IMG/VR virus record: IMGVR_UViG_3300027895_000070
Span: 435 to 64,434 of that record
Length of the DNA: 64,000 nt
Reading direction: 5' to 3' (one strand)
From: a virus
The notes under the pieces were generated by a model. It had not been told where the DNA came from, ran no database searches, and saw nothing but the letters and a program-made list of their open reading frames with translations. Shown piece after piece: positions 1-9,838 of the stretch. A program made the translations under genes and the position numbers. The first letter of the stretch is position 1. Each line of letters opens with the position of its first letter.

Positions 1-405
1 ATTCATCGGCAATATTGCGCCTTCAAGGGCAATCGTATAGATGTACGCAGATGGGCTTCCGAGCGAATCTCGGCGATAGAAGGCGGCATATCCATAACGG
101 GAGTCCACCGACGAAACCGTGTCTCCGGAGATGTCCTGCGTAGCCTGCGGCGTGAGCGGAGAAACGATGGGAACCGTTCCGCGCAAGGTTGGTGGGAACA
201 TCGGCGAACAACCGGGCACATCGGCAACCGACTGGATTTTGGCAATTGCGTTATGAGCTAGTGCGTTCGCCTGCGTTTCATCGGAAACGGCCTTTGTCTC
301 GCGGATAGCTACGGGGAAGAGGGTGGCGATCATGATGAATCCGATGCCAAGAAGGATCACCGCGAATAGAACCTCGATGAAAGTAAAACCTTTTTTCCTT
401 GCCAT
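1..405 (-). CDS. Prepilin-type N-terminal cleavage/methylation domain protein (partial, runs off window start)
   Basis: Manual translation from ATG at 405: MARKKG|FTFIEVLFAMILLGIGFIMIATLFPVAIRET..., no stop to base 1. It has a class III signal (basic leader, G|F, E at +5, hydrophobic helix). Missing from the ORF track because it has no stop in the window. Confidence 0.8.
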   Translation of the reverse strand, partial: MARKKGFTFIEVLFAVILLGIGFIMIATLFPVAIRETKAVSDETQANALAHNAIAKIQSVADVPGCSPMFPPTLRGTVPIVSPLTPQATQDISGDTVSSVDSRYGYAAFYRRDSLGSPSAYIYTIALEGAILPMN

Positions 406-534
406 CGCATACCTCGCGGTTAAACTCCACCCTCAATCCATACCCAAAAGGAGCCACCTATGTAAAACAAGGCGTTAAACCAAGTGATGCCTGGAAACTG
501 TTCCGGTACTCGAAGTTCCAATTCTCGGCCCCGG

Positions 535-1767
535 CTATTTCGGTTGGGGCTGTTTCATTGGGGCGAAGATCAGATCGATTGCGGCATTCCATCCCCGGAC
601 AAATGAAGATGAGACGCCGCCCAATGGGTCGTTGATGGTATTAATCGCCGTTGCCAAATCCTCTTCCGTTGGCCTCATCACCCCCGGTGCGGTGGACGCG
701 GAGAGGGCGGAAGCGATTGCGGTTGCGATGGAATTGCGAAGGCCACCCATGCACCTCCGAATCTCATGGTGACTAATCTCGTGATTGAGTGGACTAAATG
801 TAATGCCGCGTCCATCTGAACTAACAAATCGAACCTCTGTTCCGCAACTATTCCCGATAGGTATGATCTTCTCCGCAATCTCCCTCGCGCGCGTCATCGC
901 GTCCGGCGAAGGCTGCGGCTGCAAGTAACTTGTGGGCCGGTCAGCCAACGCCTCTCGAATCTTGGTGATGCGAGTCAGGAACCAGTCATCCCGTTCATAG
1001 GACACATCAATTCTCTCAAAAGTCTCCGCCAAAAGCCGCTCGGCTTCCCCAATTGCATCCCAAACCGTCCGACCATTCGGCGTCTTGTCTGGCTGCGGCT
1101 GCCGGGAGGCGGCGTAGGCGCGGAGGGCGGAGGCGATTACCTTTTTTGTGGCCCAAGCAAGTTCTGTGCATGATTGTTTGGGGTGAACCAAAAAGGCGGC
1201 GGTAAAAATATCATGCTTTAGGTTAATCCATACTCCGTTTTGCTGCACAATCTCCTCGGCGAACCTCTCCTCCGCCCCGTCCGTCGTCGCGCCAGCAGCG
1301 GGAGAGGCGATAGAGCCACCAGTAAGTGTGACTGTCGCACCAATCGGCTCGCCGACGCATTCGCTCGGCTCTTTCCCCTCCCCCGCCGTCGCGGCTTGTG
1401 CGGGCAGGGGACGGCCTTGGGAATCGCAGCGGAACCAAATCGTATTACCGCGATCGGCGGCACAGGCAATCTCCTCAAAAGAAAAAGACGGATTATCATT
1501 TCTACCACCCCACGACGTGGCGAAATAGATTCCCGCTTCACTTAAAACGTAGTGCCCGTTGCCCTCGTCGCAATTCCATCGCCCGTAATACCACTCTCTC
1601 GGATGCCGACGCTTCCACTCCCCGCCTTCCGCCGGCGGTTGCTCGGCGTAGATGTCGAGGAGGAGGTCGAGAAGGATAATAAGATAATTGCGATTGGGTT
1701 GCGGATGCCCCATTTGGTCTCGGAGCGACTGAAGTCTTTCGCGGATTTGTTGGGGAGTGAGGGTCAT
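535..1767 (-). CDS. Hypothetical phage early protein, 410 aa, mosaic appearance
   Basis: Long ORF co-directional with neighbours, with Ala/Pro/Gln linkers; no family recognised. Confidence 0.7.
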   Translation of the reverse strand: MTLTPQQIRERLQSLRDQMGHPQPNRNYLIILLDLLLDIYAEQPPAEGGEWKRRHPREWYYGRWNCDEGNGHYVLSEAGIYFATSWGGRNDNPSFSFEEIACAADRGNTIWFRCDSQGRPLPAQAATAGEGKEPSECVGEPIGATVTLTGGSIASPAAGATTDGAEERFAEEIVQQNGVWINLKHDIFTAAFLVHPKQSCTELAWATKKVIASALRAYAASRQPQPDKTPNGRTVWDAIGEAERLLAETFERIDVSYERDDWFLTRITKIREALADRPTSYLQPQPSPDAMTRAREIAEKIIPIGNSCGTEVRFVSSDGRGITFSPLNHEISHHEIRRCMGGLRNSIATAIASALSASTAPGVMRPTEEDLATAINTINDPLGGVSSSFVRGWNAAIDLIFAPMKQPQPK

Positions 1768-1772
1768 TGGGA

Positions 1773-2018
1773 TTACCTCTGTTGGATGGCTCGGACGGAT
1801 ATCTGCTTGACGCCGCTGAGTGCGATGCCGCGACTTCCAGATCGTTTGCAGCTCAAATCCTTATCATCAGTCCCGGCATCCTGAAAAACCTGTCTAAGCC
1901 TTCCCGTCGCATCATCCGTAGCCTGCTTGATGATCTGTTGCATCGTCGTATCCTCGCTCCAACAACTGTCGCATTCGATCTGAAGTTCAACGACGCAAGT
2001 TGCCTTTACTGAGTTCAT
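1773..2018 (-). CDS. Hypothetical protein
   Basis: 81-aa ORF tightly packed in the leftward operon. Confidence 0.55.
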   Translation of the reverse strand: MNSVKATCVVELQIECDSCWSEDTTMQQIIKQATDDATGRLRQVFQDAGTDDKDLSCKRSGSRGIALSGVKQISVRAIQQR

Positions 2019-2021
2019 CTC

Positions 2022-2312
2022 TCATTTCCTTCCGCCCGCGCTGGGCGGCGTCAAATCACCAAACCTCGCTATCGGTGCAACAAAATCTCCCCACACAAAG
2101 CATTCCCGCCATTGCGTCTCGCGCACGCCATGGACGGATACGCTCAATGCCTCGTCAGCCATCGAATCATTTTCCCAATCAATGCTGTTGGCGTTGACCT
2201 GAACGATTTCCCATGTGTCCGATGGACACAATTCTGCCTTCTCAAAGGTGTCATCAGCGGGGATTCGCCACTTTGCCCAGTAATATCCCGGCTTGGTTGG
2301 AGTTTTGCTCAT
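2022..2312 (-). CDS. Hypothetical protein (PTKPGYYW N-terminal motif)
   Basis: 96-aa Trp-rich ORF; preceded by an AGGAG-like site. Confidence 0.65.
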   Translation of the reverse strand: MSKTPTKPGYYWAKWRIPADDTFEKAELCPSDTWEIVQVNANSIDWENDSMADEALSVSVHGVRETQWRECFVWGDFVAPIARFGDLTPPSAGGRK

Positions 2313-2478
2313 GTTCTTTTTCTCCTCGGCTTCGATAATTCGGAAAGCCGTTTTTGGGCTGCGTGATGAGCCTGACGTAGCGTTTCGCGCTTCTCACTAA
2401 GTCGAATCCATTCCTTGTGAACCTCTTCAAGTTCAGAGTCGATCAACCTGAATTCTCGTTCGGCTCGTTCCTTTGCTG

Positions 2479-2841
2479 TCATTCCCCACCTCGCCTTTCG
2501 GGGGCAGCGGGGAGGGGACGCCAGAGATCGGAATCAAACGCGAAAGGACCGCCAACGGATGACCATATATTCGACGGGTCCACTCCCGTTGTCGCCGGTC
2601 TATAAACGGCAACGCAAAGTCTTTCTACCATTTGTTTATTGGCGGGTTTCTCCTCCCCTAGCGTCCGCCACCGCTCTTCGTCGGGGAGGGCGAGGAAGGC
2701 GCGGACCTTTCGCATATGCTCATCCGCAACCGTATCCCAAGGGGGACGATCAGATTCTTTTAGCTTCTGGTCGGCAACGAAAAGCAACCACTCTATCGCC
2801 TCGCGCACGTCTTGGGGGAGAGAATTAGAGGCCACAATCAT
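2479..2841 (-). CDS. Hypothetical protein
   Basis: 120-aa ORF in the leftward block. Confidence 0.5.
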   Translation of the reverse strand: MIVASNSLPQDVREAIEWLLFVADQKLKESDRPPWDTVADEHMRKVRAFLALPDEERWRTLGEEKPANKQMVERLCVAVYRPATTGVDPSNIWSSVGGPFAFDSDLWRPLPAAPERRGGE

Positions 2842-2994
2842 CCTCGTCTTCCTGCTCTATCCGTCTATCCCCATCCTCCACCTGATCCCCGTCGCGAGGG
2901 GAATGCCTGTCCAGCAGCTTCCAATCGTCCCCGCTCTCCATCGCTGCTTGGTTCCGCTCCTCACGCTCGAAATCGGATTGGGATTTATCGTAGG

Positions 2995-3405
2995 TCATTG
3001 TCGCCCTCCATCCTCGGTTTGAAGAAAGGCGAGCGAATACGGCAATGCCTCAATGCTGGGGTCCATTTGCTTATGATCGATTCGACCATCCGCCTTTTCG
3101 TCCGCCACTTCGCTCCATAGAAGTTTTCGCGGCACGCCTGGATCAGGGCCAAGTGATGGCCACCAATTGGCGCGAATAGAAGCCGCGATACTCTTTTCAG
3201 CATCCGAACCGCCTTGCTCAACGAATCTCGCCATGTATTCGCGGCAAGCCAATAGCCCAGCACGGAAGAATACTTTGTGAATCGGATTGTGGGTGAGGAC
3301 AGCATTCAAATCGGGAACCATCCGATGCAACTCAGCCAAGTCCTCTGCGTCCCATTCCGTGTCAATCTTCTCGCTCATGACTTCTTCTCCTTTGCGTTTG
3401 ATCAC
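2995..3405 (-). CDS. Hypothetical protein
   Basis: 136-aa ORF overlapping the upstream gene by 4 bp; the start may be the internal MSEK. Confidence 0.6.
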   Translation of the reverse strand: MIKRKGEEVMSEKIDTEWDAEDLAELHRMVPDLNAVLTHNPIHKVFFRAGLLACREYMARFVEQGGSDAEKSIAASIRANWWPSLGPDPGVPRKLLWSEVADEKADGRIDHKQMDPSIEALPYSLAFLQTEDGGRQ

Positions 3406-3863
3406 TGCCGCGCCTCGATGATCTCACCACGGCCCTGACGCAACGATACGATTCCCCAAAATCCCTCGCGGACCATCGAGCCAGCTTGTTCGTATAGGGA
3501 GTTTGTTACGAGGCGATGAGCCGGGTGTGGAAGCTGTAACACGGGAAGTCGGTGGGCAATTTCTGTCACAACCTCAGCCGCCTGTCGCCCAAAAGTAACC
3601 ACACAATCCGGCTTAACCTCACGCAACACGCCACGAATATGGGCCTCGTCCGGCGCAACCACTGAATTGGGATTGTCGCCGACAATTGGCGTGGTGTTGT
3701 CGTAATGAATGGCGCAAGCCGCCGCGCCCTCAAACACACGAAGACGCTGGCCGCTTCGCGATTTAGCCAGCGCCTTAAGCCAAGATCGGCGAGGCCATGT
3801 GCCGCCTGCGTAAAGGGGACTCCACGCATTCTGCAAAAAACAGACTATCATTTTTGGTTTCAC
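3402..3863 (-). CDS. Uracil-DNA glycosylase-like superfamily protein (degenerate)
   Basis: PDCVVTFGRQA and LPHPA resemble the UDG-fold P..v..lG..A and HPS-like motifs. Confidence 0.5.
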   Translation of the reverse strand: MKPKMIVCFLQNAWSPLYAGGTWPRRSWLKALAKSRSGQRLRVFEGAAACAIHYDNTTPIVGDNPNSVVAPDEAHIRGVLREVKPDCVVTFGRQAAEVVTEIAHRLPVLQLPHPAHRLVTNSLYEQAGSMVREGFWGIVSLRQGRGEIIEARQ

Positions 3864-4039
3864 TTCTTCTCTTTCTTCCCCGCAGCCTCGCGGGCGGAAA
3901 TGGCCTCAGAAATAAGAATCCTCGCCATGTTTGATGTAGGGCGGGATTCCCTTTCGGCAAGCTCAATCAAATCGCCCCATGTTTCGGCGTCGAGCTTGAT
4001 GCCCAATACATCGCCATCTTTTTTGGTCGTGGTTGCCAT
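3860..4039 (-). CDS. Small ribbon-helix-helix (Arc/CopG-like) DNA-binding protein
   Basis: VLGIKLDAETWGDLIELAERESRPTSNMARILI fits the strand-helix-helix pattern. ATG at 4039 lies 7 nt after a -10 box. Confidence 0.65.
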   Translation of the reverse strand: MATTTKKDGDVLGIKLDAETWGDLIELAERESRPTSNMARILISEAISAREAAGKKEKK

Positions 4040-4045
4040 GTCCAT

Positions 4046-4119
4046 AGAGTATTGTCACGAATTCTAGTTGTCAACAATAAAATTTGGCTATTGACAATTT
4101 GGTTGTTTCCGATTATAAT
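4046..4119. promoter_or_regulatory. Back-to-back sigma70 promoters
   Basis: + strand: TTGACA(4091-4096)-17 bp-TATAAT(4114-4119), perfect consensus. - strand: TTGACA(4074-4069)-17 bp-TACTCT(4051-4046). Confidence 0.8.
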
Positions 4120-4161
4120 GCGGGCGTCGATTGGAATTGGCCAACCGACAGGGGCCGCTAA

Positions 4162-4467
4162 ATGCGGCAGGAGAATCAAATGGATAAGCTGGCAATTCAG
4201 CAGACCATAAAAGAGGCCATGGGATTGGCCGCGAGTAATCCCGGTCCAAACGGCGGTCGATACGTCGGTCGAAAATACAACAAGAAAACCCAGAAGGGCG
4301 AATACATCATCCTCGAAACCGACAATCCCGATGAGCTTCACGCGATGAAGGACTGGAAGTCGAACAAGCTTGATGTGTTCGCCCATGTGTTGCCGACAAA
4401 ATGCTATGGCATCGGATATGCCCGGAATTGGCTGAATCAGGACGGCACAGTCCATTTTGAGGATTAG
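4162..4467 (+). CDS. Hypothetical protein
   Basis: First ORF after the consensus promoter; AGGAG precedes ATG at 4180. Confidence 0.6.
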   Translation: MRQENQMDKLAIQQTIKEAMGLAASNPGPNGGRYVGRKYNKKTQKGEYIILETDNPDELHAMKDWKSNKLDVFAHVLPTKCYGIGYARNWLNQDGTVHFED

Positions 4468-4541
4468 CGGATTCTCCGCCATGCCGCCGCGAGTCGCCGC
4501 GTACAGCGGCCCGGCGGCGTGGCCTCTATGCTCTCCCCGTC

Positions 4542-4876
4542 GCCCCGGAAGCGGGCAAACAAAGGAACAAAATGGCAAAGCGAAAGAATATCAGCGGCGA
4601 AGATTTTACTGGACTCATCAAAGGGTGTGAAGATATAAGCGGATATTGCATCGGACTCGGTGATGATTTGAGCAAGTGCCGCGTTGATCATATCGAAAAT
4701 ATTCCTCAAATCATCCATCAACTTGTGTGTTCCTCTCGTGATCTGAACCAACTCGCATTAAAGCTGATGACTCGGCAGGACATCCAGGAAATGACCGAGA
4801 AGACGGCGAAAGCAGAACAAGCAATCGCGGCGTCGAAGGCGACTCTTTAGCAGCTTGCCCCGGAAGCGGGCAAACA
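4542..4876 (+). repeat. 20-bp exact direct repeat, two intergenic copies
   Basis: GCCCCGGAAGCGGGCAAACA at 4542-4561 and 4857-4876, each just before an AAGGAA ribosome-binding site. Confidence 0.9.
4572..4850 (+). CDS. Hypothetical protein
   Basis: 92-aa ORF with AAGGAA RBS, flanked by the direct repeats. Confidence 0.6.
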   Translation: MAKRKNISGEDFTGLIKGCEDISGYCIGLGDDLSKCRVDHIENIPQIIHQLVCSSRDLNQLALKLMTRQDIQEMTEKTAKAEQAIAASKATL

Positions 4877-4891
4877 CGAAAGGAAAAGAAG

Positions 4892-5431
4892 ATGCATCCC
4901 GAAGAAAACAACATCTACATCGTCGAGGGGGAGGTACAACTCCAAATTATTGCCGAATTTTTCAAGAAGGCCAAACAACTCCGCAGCGATCGCCTGAAGT
5001 GGTGCAAATCCCAAGGAACTCCGAATGCAATCACGCGGGGAGACGATATTGTTGGCCTACTTGCCAATCCGAGCGCGAAGATTGTCGAGGGTTGGAAGCG
5101 AACCGAAAAGCCCGATATGTGCTTTGCATCGCAGTGGTCTTGGATTCCCGATTCACGAACGCGACTTGGCAAATCGCTTCGCGAGCAAATGGAGGCATTG
5201 AAAAGCATAACCACGACGGATTTCGCGCACGCTATCGGAGCCGACAAGGTAGTTATCCGCTATTCGTGTGGAGCGGTTCGTTACATGACGGCACAGTGCT
5301 ATCAGGAGGGAAGCAACTGGATTCTGATATCTCCGAAGGACGAGAAAAAAGACGTTCCTCCGAAGTTAGCCGGATGCCGCCTTTTGAAGACGAGCGAATA
5401 TTACGCAATCAAGGAAGCATCCGCCGCTTAA
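4892..5431 (+). CDS. Hypothetical protein
   Basis: 179-aa ORF with RBS. Confidence 0.7.
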   Translation: MHPEENNIYIVEGEVQLQIIAEFFKKAKQLRSDRLKWCKSQGTPNAITRGDDIVGLLANPSAKIVEGWKRTEKPDMCFASQWSWIPDSRTRLGKSLREQMEALKSITTTDFAHAIGADKVVIRYSCGAVRYMTAQCYQEGSNWILISPKDEKKDVPPKLAGCRLLKTSEYYAIKEASAA

Positions 5432-5939
5432 CCTCCGCCGGCACAACGGCGGCCTCGAGCGGTAAACCCACTCGCGTTGATATGCCGGTTGAATTATTCA
5501 GAGAATTACTGGCGATTCAAAAGCTCGCCTCTGACACCTTGGTTTCAGCTGTTCGTGAATCCGCCATGCGCTGCGAGCAGGAGAAGAAGCATGACAGGAC
5601 GAAGCGTTTTCATTCGCCATGATCAGGCCCGTCGCCTTTGGTGGATGATGCAATCGTGCATCGACGAAGGACCAGCACCGCACACGTCGGACGCGCAAGC
5701 CGAAGCGGACGATAAATGGTATCGCAAACTACAGCGCAAATTCGATTGGGCAATGGAGGTTCACCAGCCTCCGTCCCACCGCTCCGGATCAAGCTCCTCT
5801 CCATCGGATCCCGATTCCTCGCCCATGATCAAAAACCACTCGTAATCATCCCTGAATCGCTTCCAGCCAGGATGCCCGTCTTCTGGGAGATTCGGGGGTT
5901 CGGGACTGGTCACGTCGATGTATATTGTGTTCATGCATC

Positions 5940-6875
5940 TTATATCGGTGCGAGGGGGATGAGACTTGAATTATTCTGCGTGGTTATCGCTTCCGGCTTC
6001 GGAGCGGAGAATAAGTCGAGTTGATCTTTGCTCGCCATTGTCTCGGCTCGCTGGCAATTGCGAATGGCCGCTTCGTAATAACTGTCCTTCAATTCGATGC
6101 CGATTCCCCGGCGTCCGAGCTTCAGAGCCATGTAGACTTCGCTGCCGATGCCACAAAATGGCGTGAGTATGATTTCGTCGGGATTACTATACATCCGAAT
6201 CAGCCGATTAATGACGCCAAGCTGAAGAGGGCAAATATGCTTTGTATCGGACGAATCCCGGCCTTCGGAGACGTTCAGAGTATCCGTCTGGCGGATATCT
6301 GTCCATGCCGCTTCGGCCCATTGAATCCAATCGTTGCGAGTTACTTGGGCTATACTATCGACCGGAACTGCGTTTGCACCGGGCTTGCTGAACAGAATAA
6401 TGTAATCGCCCATTGCTCCCCGGCACTGCGCCCTATCCGCTTCCAATCCCGCGAATTGCAGGCTTCTCGCCTTCGTGCGGATAGCTTGCGACTGGGGATC
6501 TTTAGTGATGAGCCAGTCGTATTCGTAGGTGAATCCGGCGCGTTGGCCAAGGCGGATCAGCAGCCCACGAAAATCGAACATGCCCAATTCTCCGCTCCGT
6601 TTGAGCCGCTTGATTTGCGAGCAATGCACCGCCATGACCCGGCCCGGCTTAATCAGTCTCAGGATGGATCGGTAGAAAAACGACAGGTGCAATTTCGCTT
6701 CTGATTTTAACTCCTCAGAATTACCGATATCGGCGACCATATTGGTGTATGCGAAGGTAGATGGGAACGGCGGCGAAAATACCGAGAAGTCGATCGAATT
6801 CTCCGGCATATTTCGCATTTCTGGGATGCAGTCGCCGTGAATGATTTTGAATCTTTCGGTGTCTTCAAGAAACAT
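5940..6875 (-). CDS. Amino-methyltransferase (N4-cytosine/N6-adenine, beta class)
   Basis: IHGDC, catalytic SPPF motif, and SAM-binding ILTPFCGIGSE in beta order. Probable start MFLEDT at 6875. Confidence 0.9.
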   Translation of the reverse strand: MFLEDTERFKIIHGDCIPEMRNMPENSIDFSVFSPPFPSTFAYTNMVADIGNSEELKSEAKLHLSFFYRSILRLIKPGRVMAVHCSQIKRLKRSGELGMFDFRGLLIRLGQRAGFTYEYDWLITKDPQSQAIRTKARSLQFAGLEADRAQCRGAMGDYIILFSKPGANAVPVDSIAQVTRNDWIQWAEAAWTDIRQTDTLNVSEGRDSSDTKHICPLQLGVINRLIRMYSNPDEIILTPFCGIGSEVYMALKLGRRGIGIELKDSYYEAAIRNCQRAETMASKDQLDLFSAPKPEAITTQNNSSLIPLAPI

Positions 6876-8379
6876 GGACTTCCTTTCCAAACGACATTCC
6901 AATCTCTCGGAATAGCCGCTCTTGTTCGATTGTATCCGATTCAATCATATGCTGTTTACGCAGCACGGTTTCAACCATCGGGCGCTCGATTGTCGTGATG
7001 GGGATATGGACGTGGAGGGGCCGCGAACTTCCAACGCGGTTGGCTCGTTTGACGCATTGGAATAATGTCTCGTAACTATCCTGCAATCCACTGAAGATCA
7101 TCCGTGAGCACTTTTGCAGGTTCAAGCCGAATCCGAGTACGTCTCCCTTGCTAATCAGCACCTTTCGTTGTCCAGATTTCCATTCGTCCAGCAATTGCAC
7201 TCGCTTTCCGAATGACGTATCTCCGCGAATGCTGGCGGCGTCGGGAAACATTTCTTCCATCCGGTCTTGCTCGTCATTGTAAATGCACCAGATGATCGTG
7301 GATTCGTCTGGCCAAGTAGCTACCATGCGACGAATGAATTCTGGCTTCTCAGTCTGGATTCTCGCGCCATTGTGTTTCCCCTTCGCCAATTGGCCCAGCT
7401 TGGACCGCTGGCCAATTCCGCCCGGCGTGTGATAGATGAGCGAGCCGGTGATATCCATTGCCAGATTCTTTTGCTCATCGGTCATTGGAACGTCGTCAAT
7501 ATGAACGTGGATTGGCGGGATTGTTCCGGCGTTATCTTTCCATCCATAGGTTGCGGGGTTGTTCAGGAAGACGCACCAATGCGAAAGAGACGTGTAGAAT
7601 GGCCGTAATGCGTGCGACTTTAATTCCCATCGATTTTGCGTCTGGCCGCGATTCACAAAGAATCGGGCGAGGAAGGAATTTACGGTCGGATACTGGTCGA
7701 GAAATACTGCCTGATTCGCATACTCGATTCGGTCGTTTGGTGCGGGCGTTCCCGTTGCGGACATTTTCCAATCTAGCCCCCTTCCTAATCGTAGGCAGAT
7801 TGCTGCCCACTTGCTGGCGAAGTTTTTCCAGCAACTTGTCTCATCGCAAATTAATGCCCCTAGCCGCCCTTGTGGCGTTTCGTCTTTCAAGGCTTCGTAA
7901 TTCGTGATGCCAATTCGTGATTCTCCGTTGGTCATCCACCATGCCAGATTCTTGGCCGACACCTGCTCAACTTTCATTTCTCCGCCGTAGAATCGGTCAA
8001 TCTCGGCAACGGTCTGTGGAACAACCATGGGCGGAGCGATCATCAAGGCAGACTTTCCCGGTGGAAGGCACTTGATGGCGTGATTGGTAAATTCCGTTTG
8101 CATGAACGTCTTGCCGTAACCGGGCGCAACGAACAGCGCGTATTTCTGTTTAGCAATCGCGATCTTGGAAATGTCCGCCTGATAATCGAACAGGCCCCTA
8201 TGGGGCATATAGTTTGTTTGTTCAACTTGTGAGGGTTCCAAGCCGATTAATCCCAAATACTCCTCCGGGATAACGGCGGTGCGGCCAACGAATTGAAAGC
8301 GGGGGAGTTTTTTGATTGCCAGAAATGTGACGTAATCGTTGGGATTCGACGGAGACAAGTTGATATGCGCGAGACTCAT
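6865..8379 (-). CDS. SF2 (SNF2-like) helicase
   Basis: APGYGKT (Walker A), LICDE (Walker B), ATGTP (motif III), GFGLNLQ and KRANRVG (motifs V/VI). Confidence 0.85.
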   Translation of the reverse strand: MSLAHINLSPSNPNDYVTFLAIKKLPRFQFVGRTAVIPEEYLGLIGLEPSQVEQTNYMPHRGLFDYQADISKIAIAKQKYALFVAPGYGKTFMQTEFTNHAIKCLPPGKSALMIAPPMVVPQTVAEIDRFYGGEMKVEQVSAKNLAWWMTNGESRIGITNYEALKDETPQGRLGALICDETSCWKNFASKWAAICLRLGRGLDWKMSATGTPAPNDRIEYANQAVFLDQYPTVNSFLARFFVNRGQTQNRWELKSHALRPFYTSLSHWCVFLNNPATYGWKDNAGTIPPIHVHIDDVPMTDEQKNLAMDITGSLIYHTPGGIGQRSKLGQLAKGKHNGARIQTEKPEFIRRMVATWPDESTIIWCIYNDEQDRMEEMFPDAASIRGDTSFGKRVQLLDEWKSGQRKVLISKGDVLGFGLNLQKCSRMIFSGLQDSYETLFQCVKRANRVGSSRPLHVHIPITTIERPMVETVLRKQHMIESDTIEQERLFREIGMSFGKEVHVS

Positions 8380-8485
8380 TTCGTTTTTCTTTCCTTCTTC
8401 GGTTTCGGGAGACCCTTTTGAATTCCCTTCACCTTTTTCCAATCTATCCTCTTCACGTCGATCCGGCGTGGCTTGCTCATATGCA

Positions 8486-9286
8486 TTATCGATTCGTCCA
8501 ACAAACCTCGACCATGCGCCGCTTAGAACTTCCGCTCGCCGCATTATTCGGAAGCTCGAATGCGTGTCGGTTCCAGCCTTTCAACGTCTCATTATATACG
8601 GGAGAATCGTAGCTACTGATAATCACTTGGCCCCTGCATTGCTTCGCCGTTTCCAAGAGGGCGGCGTGCTGCGGATCCGTCATTTCGAGGTTTCCATATT
8701 CTCCTGTCGAGGATCGCGATGAGTGCGGGTAAGGCGGATCAAGGTAATGACAAGTGCCAGGGCCGTCGTTTTCCTGAATCACCTTGATTGCATCGTGATT
8801 CAATATCAGGACGCGCCGCATTCGTATATAGACAGCTTCCAAGCCATCTACGGCTGTCCACCATGCACTTGCCTGTTCATTCATCCCCCGTCGTGTTCTG
8901 GATCGACTAACCGACGCGAATCCAGCCATGCGCCCCGCGAGCGATTGTCGGCAGAACACAAAGAACGAAACGGCGTCCTCGATTTTATCCTCGCGCGGCT
9001 GGCGAGAATCTTCCCACTCTTGTTCGGAAAAAGGAATGGCCTGTGTTTTTCGGATGAATTGCGAAAAAGAATCTGTCTCCTGTAGCACTCGCCAGAATCC
9101 GATTAGTCTGCCATTCAAATCATTGGCGACTTCGGAAACGCCTTCTGGATTCTTGGCCAGCATGACCGCTCCGCCGCCAAAGAACGGTTCGACATAGTGG
9201 ATGTGAGGCTGCATTAACGCGACGATCCTGCTCGCGATATAGTGTTTTCCACCATGCCATTTCAGGGGAGGGGTTAGGGCGCTCAC
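8486..9286 (-). CDS. dam: DNA adenine methyltransferase (Dam/D12 class)
   Basis: PLKWHGGK, YVEPFFGGGAV, NDLN and YLDPPY motifs. Confidence 0.9.
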   Translation of the reverse strand: MSALTPPLKWHGGKHYIASRIVALMQPHIHYVEPFFGGGAVMLAKNPEGVSEVANDLNGRLIGFWRVLQETDSFSQFIRKTQAIPFSEQEWEDSRQPREDKIEDAVSFFVFCRQSLAGRMAGFASVSRSRTRRGMNEQASAWWTAVDGLEAVYIRMRRVLILNHDAIKVIQENDGPGTCHYLDPPYPHSSRSSTGEYGNLEMTDPQHAALLETAKQCRGQVIISSYDSPVYNETLKGWNRHAFELPNNAASGSSKRRMVEVCWTNR

Positions 9287-9708
9287 AGTAAATCAACTCC
9301 TCCCTGAACCTCTCGCCTCACATACCATTCCCCGTCGCGCCGCCCGATCATGCGGAACAAAAAGCAGGGAAGCATGACGGAGGCCATTAAAAAACTTTTC
9401 CGGTCGCCTTCCCTCTCGAAACCTTTTGTCTCTCTCACCTGGATTGTCCCGTCTGCCATCTGCACGAGAAAATCAGGCTTATACGTCAGGCCGTCGGCGA
9501 TCATAATACGGATCGATTCGTATCCCCAGAATTTCACAAGTCCGCAGCGGATTTGCAAGTCCAATTCTGCCGCGTAGGCTTCCTCCAATTTCGACCGATA
9601 CCGCGACTTCGGAACGGCTGGTTTATCTGCCGGCGGCGCAAGGTTCTTCGGCAATGGGATGCCGCACTTGCGGTATTGCTGGATGATTTGTGCGTCGGTC
9701 AGATTCAT
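9283..9708 (-). CDS. PD-(D/E)XK nuclease, DUF1064-like
   Basis: YRSKLE...TYKPDF...RETKG pattern. Confidence 0.65.
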   Translation of the reverse strand: MNLTDAQIIQQYRKCGIPLPKNLAPPADKPAVPKSRYRSKLEEAYAAELDLQIRCGLVKFWGYESIRIMIADGLTYKPDFLVQMADGTIQVRETKGFEREGDRKSFLMASVMLPCFLFRMIGRRDGEWYVRREVQGGVDLL

Positions 9709-9838
9709 GATCCACCGCGTTTCGCTCGATCAAGGGCCTTCGCTAGTCGCGTGTTGTCGATCCTATATCTGCGGGCAATAAGAGCAAAAAGTAGTGCCAG
9801 CAACATTGCATCGAGAAATAGAATAGAGAGAAAAAGGA

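Noticed and set aside
4855-5622. 255-aa + strand ORF
   Set aside because: Alternative frame over 4892-5431, which has the RBS and more protein-like composition.
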